Positions 9,571-20,000 of a DNA stretch of 20,000 nt are shown here, piece after piece. The notes below the pieces were generated by a model, which saw nothing but the letters and a program-made list of their open reading frames with translations, had not been told where the DNA came from and did not search any database. Position numbers and translations under genes: made by a program. Each line of letters opens with the position of its first letter. The first letter of the stretch is position 1. Source of the stretch: Chromera velia (lineage: Eukaryota); NCBI GenBank assembly GCA_018398765.1, contig JAHBMJ010000532.1, positions 106,819 to 126,818 of the forward strand. Reading direction: 5' to 3'.

Positions 9571-10886
9571 ACGCACACGCACACACACACACACACACAC
9601 GCACGCACAGGCACACGTACAGACGCTCACTGACCTTGGAGTACCAGCTTGCGAGCATGGCTCTGTTGTCGTCCTCTTCCTCGTCGTCGTCCTCGTCTTC
9701 ATCTCCGTCGTCGTCCATCTCCCCCGCCATCATCTTCTGGATGACGTCCTCCGTGAGGCCTGCCTGTCTGAGTGCCTCTGCTTCCTGGGCCAACGCTTCC
9801 TCTTCATCATCGAACTCCCCCTCCTCACCGTCGAAGTCCTCTTCGTCCTCGTCGTCCCCGTCTGCCCCCTCACCCCCTTCCTCCTCCTCTGCCGGCTCTG
9901 CACCGTCAATCTCCTCCAGGTAGTCGATCTCGAAATCGTCGATCGTGTTTCCCTCCCTGTCCTGTCCGTCGATGGCTTTCAGAGACGGAATGAGGTCAAA
10001 CACGGCCTTGCGGTAATTGTCCTCGTCCTCTTCCGCGAGGGCACAGCGCTCGAGAGAGAGCCGCTCTAGCTTCGTCAGAGCAGTCTGCACACGTACACAC
10101 AAACACGCAGAGAGCGAGAGATGCACAGGCACACATGAAGATGTACCAATGGGGCAGACAGAGAAGGGAGGTAAGAAGGAAGGACGCGGAGAAATGAAAG
10201 CAACCTGGGAAGAAAAAAGGGAAGAGAAAAGAAAGCCACACAGAAGCAAAGAAAGCTCATTGAGCATAGGGAGAGAAGGAGAGGGGGAAACGCGATGAGT
10301 AGACGAAAGAAAGAATGACAAGGTCGGGTCACTCAGATGACAGCTACAAATCAAAGACAAGGCTAATACCCAAACGAGATTGGAAAACGTTTGCGGCTGA
10401 AGAAGCAATTGAGATGAACAGGCAGGCAAAGCGAGGGGTAATGACCGGTACCAAGGAACACAAAAAAGACGAGAACTTAGGAACACCCAGAGGAAAAGAA
10501 GAGAACAGAATGCCGTCTCCACTGACCAAGGGCTTCAAGTCGTCAATCTTCTTGATGGGGTTTCCTCCCAGGCACAGCGTGGTGAGGTTCGGGACGTTGG
10601 CGATGTCATTGAGAACTCCTTCTCGGATGAAGTTGTCAGACAGCAGGAGCTGTTTGATGCTGTCGGACTTAGGAAGGTTGGCCAGGGACTTAATGTTACA
10701 CCTCATCAAAGACAGACTCAGGAGACTGTCGCAGTTCTTGAGAGAATCAGTCTCTTCCGGATGGAATCCGAGCAGTTTCTTTCCATCCATGTAAATGCGG
10801 GTCTCGTTCTCCAGGGATCCCTCGTCCTCCTCGAGCTCGGTCTTGAGCTCATTCAGGACTTTGGAGAACAGCTTGTTGTCCCCCAT
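8114..10886 (-). CDS. ANP32: Acidic leucine-rich nuclear phosphoprotein 32 family protein (LRR + LRRcap + D/E tail), 5 exons, ~362 aa
   Basis: Exons 10886-10527, 10084-9635, 9132-9030, 8641-8585 and 8232-8114, with all introns GT...AG and phases consistent. Contains LRRs (LSLMRCNIKSLANLP, LLLSDNFI, LCLGGNPIKKIDDLKPL), an LRRcap (NYRKAVFDLIPSLKAIDG), a long acidic tail and a C-terminal basic NLS-like AKKQR. Confidence 0.9.
9532..9620. repeat. (CA)n microsatellite in ANP32 intron 2
   Basis: Visible CA run with cg interruptions. Confidence 0.9.
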
Positions 10887-11667
10887 CTTTCTTGTCTGAT
10901 CTTCCGTTGGGACTCGGGAAAAAGGTTCCAAGAGAGGCAACACCTTGACACAAAACACAACCTCCAGACTCGAATACACAACACACGCCCTGTACACACT
11001 CTTCAACAGAACTTTTGCATACAACTCCGACCAACCAAAACAGAACCTCGTGGGGTAAGCTCGGTTTTGTGCCAGGTTGAGGACATCTTCGGAAGAAGAT
11101 TGACCCAATTTGACCCATTTTTGTGATTTTTTGTGAGCTCTCTTTTTCGATTTTTTTTTTTTTTTCAGACTTTGCGGTGCCATGCATGCACGCGCGCGGC
11201 ATGCATGAGGACCCCGAGGCATCCCCGATGCCGCGGGGGCTCAGGCATGCCTCCGCGTTCAGTGTCAGACGCACTGAGATGGCGTCTCCAGGACCGAGAC
11301 AGGCCCGGTCAGCCGTCTCCTCGTCTCCTGCAGGATCGATGTCTTCACGACTTTTGACAGTCGATTGTCACACACGCTAACAACCTCTGTCCGTCTACGC
11401 TGCCTGATGCCGTTCGCAGATGCATTTCTTTCATGGTCAAGACGATCAGCCGTCCCGGTGCCTTTGTGCAGTGTCAGAAGGCCTCGACCGATGTAGGTAG
11501 GGCGGGGACGAACGGCAGGACCCTGTATGTACTGAAGTTTCGGCAGGCAATATTTGCTCTGCGCTCTGAGCATCTCGTAAGCGTGAGGAAAAGACTCCAG
11601 TGGGTCTTTCTCACAGACACCTGAGAAAAGGGGTGACTGTCGAGAGACGCTCACAAGAATTGGAATC
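10887..11667. promoter_or_regulatory. Divergent (head-to-head) intergenic/promoter region between ANP32 and CPSF2
   Basis: 781 bp between two outward-facing ATGs. A T-tract at 11151-11165 and a cluster of GCATGC/TGCATGCA palindromes at 11181-11252 lie within it. Confidence 0.6.
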
Positions 11668-14004
11668 ATGTTGAGGGTTCGAGTTGTGGAGGCTGGAGGG
11701 GATTCGGAGTCCTTCCTTTTGCAGTTGAACGACCTGAATATTCTAGTGAATTGCGGGAGTGATGACTCATTCCAGTGCGACCACGTGAAGGATCTCTTAA
11801 AGTGAGCTGCCAGGGGTCTCCCCCGTCTCCCTTGGCTCCGTCTACTGTACTTCTCTATCCGGGTGTTTTGTCTCCAACCAATACCCCTCAAGCTGTGCTT
11901 GATCCCTTGATGATCCTTACTTGTTTGACTTTGGGGGCAAGTTAGCTCGATACCCGTTCTCTTCTCGATATTGTGAACTCAGCAGGGATTGGACCTGCTT
12001 CTGTTCCAAATTGCTCAGACGGTCAATCAATCCCATCGAATCCATCCATGTATGTACATTCATCAAGGCGGAATGCAAATAAATTCACCAGCAGCGGTCC
12101 TTATCCTGTCTGAGATATGGATGCAGATGTGGCCCAATCGGTGCCGTTCTGATCACCCACGGCTCCGTGGACTGTTTGGGTGGACTTCCGAAGGTCTTCG
12201 AGGAGTTTCAACTCTCCGTTAGTCAATCGCTCTCTTGTGCTTTCTGTCTGATCTGGGCCCTGTTTCCTTCCTTCGTTTCATCTTCTCCCTTTTCTGCTTC
12301 GATGAGTTAACTCTACTGAGCTCATCAAGTGGCCTGAGTCGTCTTTCTGTGAGTCTTTAGCGAAGGAAAGAAAAGATCTCACGGAACTGCAAGAGAAGGT
12401 CAGAAGGAGCGGGAAAAGAAGTCTGTCATTCTTCACATGCGTCGTGTCTCCGAATTAGCAAAAGCATCAACTGTCGTGTTCTGATCTTGTCTCCGGTATC
12501 CCGTCTGCCCGCCTGTCTGCAGTGCCCTGTGGTTGTCACAGACGCCACTCACAAACTGGGCAGGGCTTGCCTCCTCGAGGCATTAGAGGCACAAGCAGCG
12601 TGCGGCAGTGAGCCCCTGCCCGCGGGACAGGTGGTGCGTTTCTTCGACGAGTTCACTGTTAGGGTTCGGTTCTTCGAGACTGTCCCTTTGGGAAGCCTCC
12701 AAGTGAAAGGAGGAGAGGGGCAACCTCCCGTGTCTGTTCCTGTGCGGGCGGTTGGGTTGCCTTCGGGGGGTGCAGTTGGCGGATGTGTCTGGCGACTGGT
12801 GGTCGGATCGGAGGAAGTCATCATCGCTCCACGGGTGTCTTGGGGTAGCGAAAGGTCAGGCTGTCAGCCTGTGAGTGAGAACTGGCAGGCACGTAGTCTC
12901 TTTGGGACTTCAGACAGAATTTGGTTTAATTAGTTCTCCGCTGCATGAGCTTTGTTGTCCCTTTTCGGCGTTTCTTTTTAGTTATGCCCTCCATGCAACT
13001 CGGCGTCGTTTGAAAATTTTCTCTCATCTCTCTTCTTTGGAGTTCTGCTGCAGGGTCACAGAGGGATGCATGCGTTGGCTGTCCTCTGATGGAACTGGGG
13101 AGGCGTACAGAGTGGCCCCGGCCTCTAAGGGCCCCAGTCGGGCCCCCAATTTGTTAGTGACTCGACTTCGGTCACGCAAGGCGTTCACAGTTGACCCGGG
13201 GCCGCAGGCCGTGGCAGTTGGCCTTGGTGTTCCTTCTCTTCCTTCTGTGGGGGGGGAGAAGGAAGGCAGAAGAGGCGGTCACGGTCAGAGCACAACACCA
13301 TTCGGGAGCATTCGGGGGCTCCCGAGAGTTGCCGTTGAATGCGCTTTGTTGGGTGAGTTTGGATGGCTGATCGTGGAGTTTCTTCCACTTTTGTCTTTCT
13401 TTGTTCCATCCAATTCTATCTGCGTCCCTTTTCACACTTTGTCTCTCTCTGTCGCTATGCCTACTTGCGTCTCACCCACTTCCCCTTCCATCACAGGTCT
13501 TTTTGAGTCTTTAGTCGAGGAGAGTGTCTCTCTGCCTGTGACTTACTTGAGTGAGTATGCGTGTGATTGATGTGTCCATCCATCCCTTGTTTCTCCCTCC
13601 CTCTCGATCTACCCCTCAATTCTGTTGTGCAGACACGATTATAGAAACCTTGAAAGAGAGAAAAGGGGACGTGCTGATCCCTGCAGATACTACAGGTGAG
13701 TGCCTCAAGAGGTGGGGGGTGACTGTTGGGAGTCGGTAGGGTATGCGTGAGTGCCTCTTGAAATTGTGTGAGTTCATTGTCAGATAGGCTCGGTGCTTCG
13801 TACGAGTGGGTGACTCAGTCAGCATGATAAAAGAAAAAGAAAGAAAAACTGACAACAGAACTGAGAGAACAGCAGATGGACCCGTTGTTTCTGAAGGAAT
13901 AACAGAAAGAAAGAAACATCGTTTCTAAGACAAAAGAGAGAAAAAGGGGTCAGTTGGTCGGGATACCCGAATGACGCTCTTCTTGCGTTTCTTCGCTGGT
14001 GGTG

Positions 14005-14066
<62 letters not shown>

Positions 14067-15538
14067 TTCTTTTCCTGGAAGATCTCTCGAGGTCTTAAGA
14101 GAGCGGAAGGAGCTGTCCTTGAGGTTTTCCTCCCTCCTGTATGTTTTCTTTTCTGCTCGGGCTGCACTCTTGTGTTCCCTGTTAATTCTCTTGTCCTTTT
14201 TCTCCCTCGCAGACAGGGGCTTAGAGGTTCTTTTTCTTCTTCAGGACGTCTGGGACAGTCTGCTGACGGGCTGCCTCCTTGTGCTCCTGTCGCCTCTTGG
14301 GTCGGTAGGATGCAGAAGAGTGGGTGGGTAGTAGGGTCTTGGTTGCCTTCCTTCTTTTGTCTCATTTTCTTGAAGTGGTCTAAATACAGCACGTGCACGG
14401 GCTTTCGGATTTGTCCAGCCCTATACTTTGTGCATGAAGGTTTTTGAATTTGATTGTCAGACAGAGAAGGGAGGGAAAAGTTTGTCAAGGAAAGTGAAAG
14501 AGAGAGAATGCGGCCCAGGAAGGGATGCCGTCTTGCTTCGAGTTCAAAGTATGCAGAGCGAATGGTTGGTTTGATCGGATTTTTTGTTTTTCTTCTTGTG
14601 AGCGTGAACAGGCTTCAGCAGTTGTGGGTGCGAGTGATAAGAACTTGCCGTTCGGCTGCTCAGTCGCATTTTGCCTCTCCGTCTCTCTCAGGTTCTCTCC
14701 CATGTGTATGTGTGTGCGGGTATGTATCGATGCATCTGTTCATCTGGGTCTGTTTCTCTGTCGATACATGAACACACCCAGAGGCTTGCATGTTTCTCTG
14801 TGTAAGTACATGCAGTCCCTCTTTCTGTGCACAACCGCTTGAATGCAGGGAAAGAGTGCTGCGGTTCGCTTCGACGCTTGTTGATTGGATGAGTGACGAG
14901 ATCAGAAACGCCTTCGCCAAAGAGAGGTGGGTGGATCCGGGACCTCGGTGGAGGGCACAGAAGATGAAGGGAGAAAGAACCGAAAAAACAAAGGGAGAAG
15001 GAAGAATCTGGCTGACTCATGTGTTCTACTTGTGTCACTCACTCTGCTGTGTCAGGAAATAAAAGTTTCTTTTTGCTCCCCACCCTGACCGCCTCCCCCG
15101 ATTATTTCTCTCTTCCCCTTTGCTTGTTCTCTTTCTTTTTTTTCTTTTTTTCTTTTTTTCTTCGATAGTTCTTTTGTTTTCCCGTTGTGTTTAGTCGGGG
15201 CCTCCTTTGTTAGTGAAACGATCCTTGATGAGTGAGAGCTTGTATTTCTGCGCGTGCGTTGGGAAATCTCTGTGAGAGTTTCCTGTCCTGCCCTCGCGTG
15301 CGCTCCCCCTCTTCACCATGCATCGAACCCCAGGCCTTCTTTTGTACGCATGTACGCACACATGCTGATGGGCACTTTCCAAGGGAAAGACCAAAAAGAA
15401 AGAAGCTGCCTTCGTGTCTGTCAGTCTATCTTTGCGCGCTCTCTCTCTTTTGTGCGTGTATTTGTACGTCCGTGCGTTGACGTTGATGTATGCACACACA
15501 CTTCGATGTTTACATATATGTAGATATGTACGCGCGTG

Positions 15539-15569
<31 letters not shown>

Positions 15570-18559
15570 GTTTGTGCAGGAAAAACCCATTTGCGTTGAG
15601 TGATGCGACAAAAGTCTGCAGGACAATGGATGAGGTCAGTACGAATGGAGGGATGTATGGCAGCGTGCCACCGTCGACTTATTTGCAAGTGCATTGCAAG
15701 AGTGGTGGGAGGGTTTTCTTTTCATTCTGCCGCTTCCTCTCCTTCGGGCTCGTGTTTTTATTCTTCCGCGACCGTGATTTACCCCTTTGCCTCTTATCCG
15801 CGCACGGCAGCATTTCGACGTTGCCTCTGATTCTCTGAATTTTCTGCCACGAATAGCCAAAGCTATTCATTCTGTGTTTCAAGTGCCTCGATCCCTGCAG
15901 CTCTCTGCTCTCCGTCCTGTGCCAAAAGTCATCATCGCACCGATGGAATCTCTGGAGGCAGGAGTCGGACAGGTGAGGGGGGGGGAATGGGGGTCTGCAG
16001 AAAGTTGACTCAGTGTCTTTGGGGGGCAAACATTCGATACTGTGCATATTGTTGTGTGAATGTGTTCAGGTGTGCTTTCTCTTTCACATGCTGTGTGTAG
16101 GTGGACAATACTTCGACATAGATAGGTTCGGAGTCTCTTCTGCTTTATTTGGGGGAGGTGTGTGTGTGTGTGTGTGTGTGTGTGCAGACTTACCCTACAA
16201 AGCCCTCCAGAGTTTCTCTTTCTGTTTTGTTTTCACGGTCGTTGGACTTATCGGAATTTTGGTCAAGCAGCCGGCCTCCACTTCATTGTAGCCTTGCGAG
16301 ACAAGAGAATTGCACAATGAGGGCAGTCGCATTGAGAAACAAATGCTTTGGTCGGCATGTCTGTTTGTGTCCGCGTGCAGGAGCTCTTTCTCAGCATGGC
16401 TTCGTATGCGGAGAACAGCGTCATCTTTCTCTCCGCCTCTCACACGATGACAAGAGGCTGCCCTCCGGTAAAGGGAGGAGATGACGACCCGCCCCCTTGC
16501 ACCTCTTCCACCCTTGCAGACCGTCTAATCAGCCTTGCTCTGTCGCCTTTTCGGGACATCTCACCAGGTTTGGTACGCAAAGCGAAGAAGAGAAACAGAT
16601 ACGGCGACGAATCTGGAGTGACCGTAGAAGATCTCGCGAAGGGCCTGCTGGACCCACACACGCAGAAGAAGAGCATCAAGAAGAAGCAGGAAAATGAGGA
16701 CCTGGAAGGAAAACAAAGGGACCCGTTTCCACCTGCCCGGCTGCTCGTTCTTGAGACCCTTCAGAAGGTTCGTGTCGCAAAGCCAGAATTATTCCTTGTG
16801 TGGTGACATGCATATGCCATTGTGCGTGTGTAGATTTCGTCGTGTTGGGATCTGTTGGATTGTGCCGGGTGCTTTCTGAAGCTGCACGCGAGCGATTTTG
16901 GTTGTCACCGTAGAGCCTGGCGACATTGGGTTGGGGTGGCTGTTTGAAATCCTTTGCTCTTCCTTCTCCGTTCCTTTCCCGTCTTCGCGTTTTTCTTCTT
17001 TCCTTCCTTCATCCCGCTCTTCGGACTCGCCTCGGCAATCTCCGATGGAAAAGAACAGCACACGAAGAAAGGGAGGGGAGAATTGAAGAGCACTTTTGCT
17101 TTTCGGGAGGGATCAGTTTGCTTCAAAACCCGCCATGGCGAGCGTCTGGCCCCCCTGCCGTTTCTGCTTTCCCTGTATCGCTCCACCTTCATCCCATTTC
17201 CTCTCCATCCTGCAGACACTGCTGACAGAGGCAGAGCTCGCCAACGCTCTCCGTCTGCTCTCCGCAGAGGAGGCAGCAGGAGAAGTAACGGGAGCCTCCC
17301 TTCCCTTCACCCTTGCAAGGGATCTTTCGGCGTTCACACAGTCTTCTTCTTCTTCTTCCTCCAGCGCCCAGGCCCCCACATCCTCCCAAGACAAAGCCGT
17401 GCAGGGGGGCAACGCTCGTCCACCACCCGGGGGCCCCGGCTTCCCTCCACACGGCGGCAGAGAAGGAGGACCCCATTCAGTCCTGCTGGGGCCCCTTGGG
17501 GCCCTGGGGATGCGGGGAGGCCCTGCAGGGCTTCCAGCTGCAAAATTGGAAGTGAAACCGTTTCACGGATCTCATGAGTGGAGAGACCGTAACTTCTCCA
17601 GCATGCGGACGGGCCCTATACAGGTCAGAGGAGGGAAGGAGGGAGGGACGCCACTCCACTCAACTCACCGTGCTTTCCTTGCCTTTCTTGATCTTCCCTG
17701 GGTGTGTGTCAGTCCTCCATTCATTGTCGGTTCCATTTTGCTCGGGTCCACTTTGAGAGAATAATCTTTTGGCTGCATACACTGACTTCTGTGCCGAGAC
17801 GGCAAATTTGGACTTTGGACATTGGGGGGAACGAGTCGCTCTCTTCCGTTTTGTCTCCTCTCTATCTTTGCTGTTTTTCCTGCTGCATTACGAAAATTTG
17901 TTGTGCGACACTGTTTTGAATTCTCATCTCTTCGTCGCTGCGTTTCCTCTCCGTCTTGCCCTTCAGAGAGACGAGTACGGAGCGGACCTCATGCTACAAG
18001 AGAGGTTCGCCTGGGAGGCCGCAGGAGACGGGGCACATGCAATGCCCCCCCCTCCACCCCCTCCCCCTTTTCCTCCCGGCATGCCACCAAGAGGCCCTGC
18101 AGGGACCCTGGGTGGAGGTGGAGAGGATGGCAGAGGCCCTGTCCCGCCGTCTGCTGCTGCTCCTTCTTCTTCTAATGCGTTCGGACCATCGGGGCCGTCC
18201 TACTCTCAGCTGGAGGCGGTCCTCACGGCCAGAGCACAAGAGGAAAAAGAAAGACGCAGAAGAGAGAAGGAGCTGGAGCAAGAGAGAGAAAGAGAGAGAG
18301 AACGAGAGAGAGAAAGGGAGAAGGAAAATGCGAAAAATGCAGATTCCTCTCCCGCTGCTGCTGCTGCTGCCGCTGCTGCTGCTGCCGCCAACAGTGCAGA
18401 CAGTGACGAAAAGATGCCAGACGCCCCTGCGAACACATCCGCACTCTCCCTGCCAGGAGTTCCAGAGACACCTGCTGGAAAGAAGGACGAGGCAGACGCC
18501 CGGTTTCCTTTCTACATAGATCTCAGAGCCGTCAATGCCGCCAATGCGTCAGAGCTCAG
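11668..18559 (+). CDS. CPSF2: Cleavage and polyadenylation specificity factor 100 kDa subunit (inactive metallo-beta-lactamase/beta-CASP), exons 1-12; 3' end beyond the window
   Basis: Exons 11668-11801, 12127-12217, 12523-12854, 13054-13352, 13633-13695, 14213-14300, 14849-14926, 15580-15634, 15901-15972, 16381-16767, 17216-17623 and 17967-18559, with GT donors, CAG acceptors and consistent phases. Collinear CPSF100 motifs: FLLQLNDLNILVNCG, IGAVLITH..CLGGLP, PSGGAVGGCVW, RAPNLLVT, IIETLKERKGDVLIPADT, DWMSDEI...KNPF, PKVIIAPMESLEAG, ELF...NSVIF, DEYG. Confidence 0.88.
14005..14066. repeat. Compound (CT)n-(CA)n-(GA)n microsatellite in CPSF2 intron 5
   Basis: About 9 CT, 13 CA and 9 GA units lie contiguous; the outer blocks are reverse complements. 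Confidence 0.9.
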
Positions 18560-18845
18560 GTGAGTTATACTTCTGTGGCTGCCTAGTGGTGTGGGAGTAA
18601 ATCTCTCTCCCTCTCTCCCTCTCTCCCTCTCGCTCTGTCTCTCTCGCACTGTCTCTATCCGTGTGTGAGAGAGAGAGAGAGAGAGAGACAGAGAGAGTGT
18701 GTGTCTGTGTGTCCCGTTCTATTTCTCCCTCATCTGCACGCAGAGAAGATCAGCAGAGGTAAACTTGATGTCTCACTCTCACCAACGCAAGAAAAAGAAT
18801 CTCTCAGTGTGTCCGGTCTCGTCTCCTTCCGACCTACAGATTTTT

Positions 18846-20000
18846 CCTTCTGTTCTTCCTTCCTTGTTGTTTTTGCTCCTTTGCACTCTACTGCCGTGAA
18901 TGCCTTCTGTTCTTCCTTCCTTGTTGTTTTTGCTCCTTTGCACTCTACTGCCGTGAATGCCTTCTGTTCTTCCTTCCTTGTTGTTTTTGCTCCTTTGCAC
19001 TCTACTGCCGTGAATGCCTTCTGTTCTTCCTTCCTTGTTGTTTTTGCTCCTTTGCACTCTACTGCCGTGAATGCCTTCTGTTCTTCCTTCCTTGTTGTTT
19101 TTGCTCCTTTGCACTCTACTGCCGTGAATGCCTTCTGTTCTTCCTTCCTTGTTGTTTTTGCTCCTTTGCACTCTACTGCCGTGAATGCCTTCTGTTCTTC
19201 CTTCCTTGTTGTTTTTGCTCCTTTGCACTCTACTGCCGTGAATGCCTTCTGTTCTTCCTTCCTTGTTGTTTTTGCTCCTTTGCACTCTACTGCCGTGAAT
19301 GCCTTCTGTTCTTCCTTCCTTGTTGTTTTTGCTCCTTTGCACTCTACTGCCGTGAATGCCTTCTGTTCTTCCTTCCTTGTTGTTTTTGCTCCTTTGCACT
19401 CTACTGCCGTGAATGCCTTCTGTTCTTCCTTCCTTGTTGTTTTTGCTCCTTTGCACTCTACTGCCGTGAATGCCTTCTGTTCTTCCTTCCTTGTTGTTTT
19501 TGCTCCTTTGCACTCTACTGCCGTGAATGCCTTCTGTTCTTCCTTCCTTGTTGTTTTTGCTCCTTTGCACTCTACTGCCGTGAATGCCTTCTGTTCTTCC
19601 TTCCTTGTTGTTTTTGCTCCTTTGCACTCTACTGCCGTGAATGCCTTCTGTTCTTCCTTCCTTGTTGTTTTTGCTCCTTTGCACTCTACTGCCGTGAATG
19701 CCTTCTGTTCTTCCTTCCTTGTTGTTTTTGCTCCTTTGCACTCTACTGCCGTGAATGCCTTCTGTTCTTCCTTCCTTGTTGTTTTTGCTCCTTTGCACTC
19801 TACTGCCGTGAATGCCTTCTGTTCTTCCTTCCTTGTTGTTTTTGCTCCTTTGCACTCTACTGCCGTGAATGCCTTCTGTTCTTCCTTCCTTGTTGTTTTT
19901 GCTCCTTTGCACTCTACTGCCGTGAATGCCTTCTGTTCTTCCTTCCTTGTTGTTTTTGCTCCTTTGCACTCTACTGCCGTGAATGCCTTCTGTTCTTCCT
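18846..20000. repeat. 57-bp perfect tandem repeat (minisatellite), at least 20 copies, runs off the window
   Basis: Unit ccttctgttcttccttccttgttgtttttgctcctttgcactctactgccgtgaatg repeated head-to-tail with no visible variants and no spacers. Confidence 0.97.

Noticed and set aside
10887..11222. N-terminal extension of ANP32 suggested by ORF 10344-11222
   Set aside because: It runs through the T-tract and palindrome cluster with no family similarity, and Met 10886 gives the typical ANP32 N-terminal length.
11668..18559. CPSF73/INTS11 active endonuclease
   Set aside because: It lacks HxHxDH and the AGH His, while WMSD...NPF and DEYG match CPSF100. INTS9 is less likely but not formally excluded.
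18779..19969. 396-aa ORF made of 19-aa repeats
   Set aside because: A by-product of a stop-free 57-bp unit. It is antisense within a CPSF2 intron and shows no synonymous variation between units.
18846..20000. CRISPR array
   Set aside because: Units are contiguous and identical with no spacers, there are no cas genes, and the context is eukaryotic.

Overview
Eukaryotic, intron-rich and microsatellite-rich DNA. The style suggests an alveolate such as a chromerid or apicomplexan relative, but this is inference only. The window has three parts. (1) 1-~6500, minus strand: the 5' two-thirds of a decayed non-LTR (LINE) retrotransposon. It has an L1-type ORF1 region (coiled coil plus RRM-like motif) and a long low-complexity linker. 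A CXC-type Cys cluster and a chromodomain-like module follow, in frame with an APE endonuclease, and the linker and start of RT run off the left edge. (2) A 5-exon ANP32-like acidic LRR gene on the minus strand (10886-8114). (3) Head-to-head with it, a CPSF100/CPSF2 gene on the plus strand, with 12 exons traced from 11668 and its 3' end outside the window; its intron 12 holds about 20 perfect copies of a 57-bp repeat. The most unusual observation is the CXC + chromodomain-like + APE architecture, which could be a chromatin/DNA-targeting LINE.
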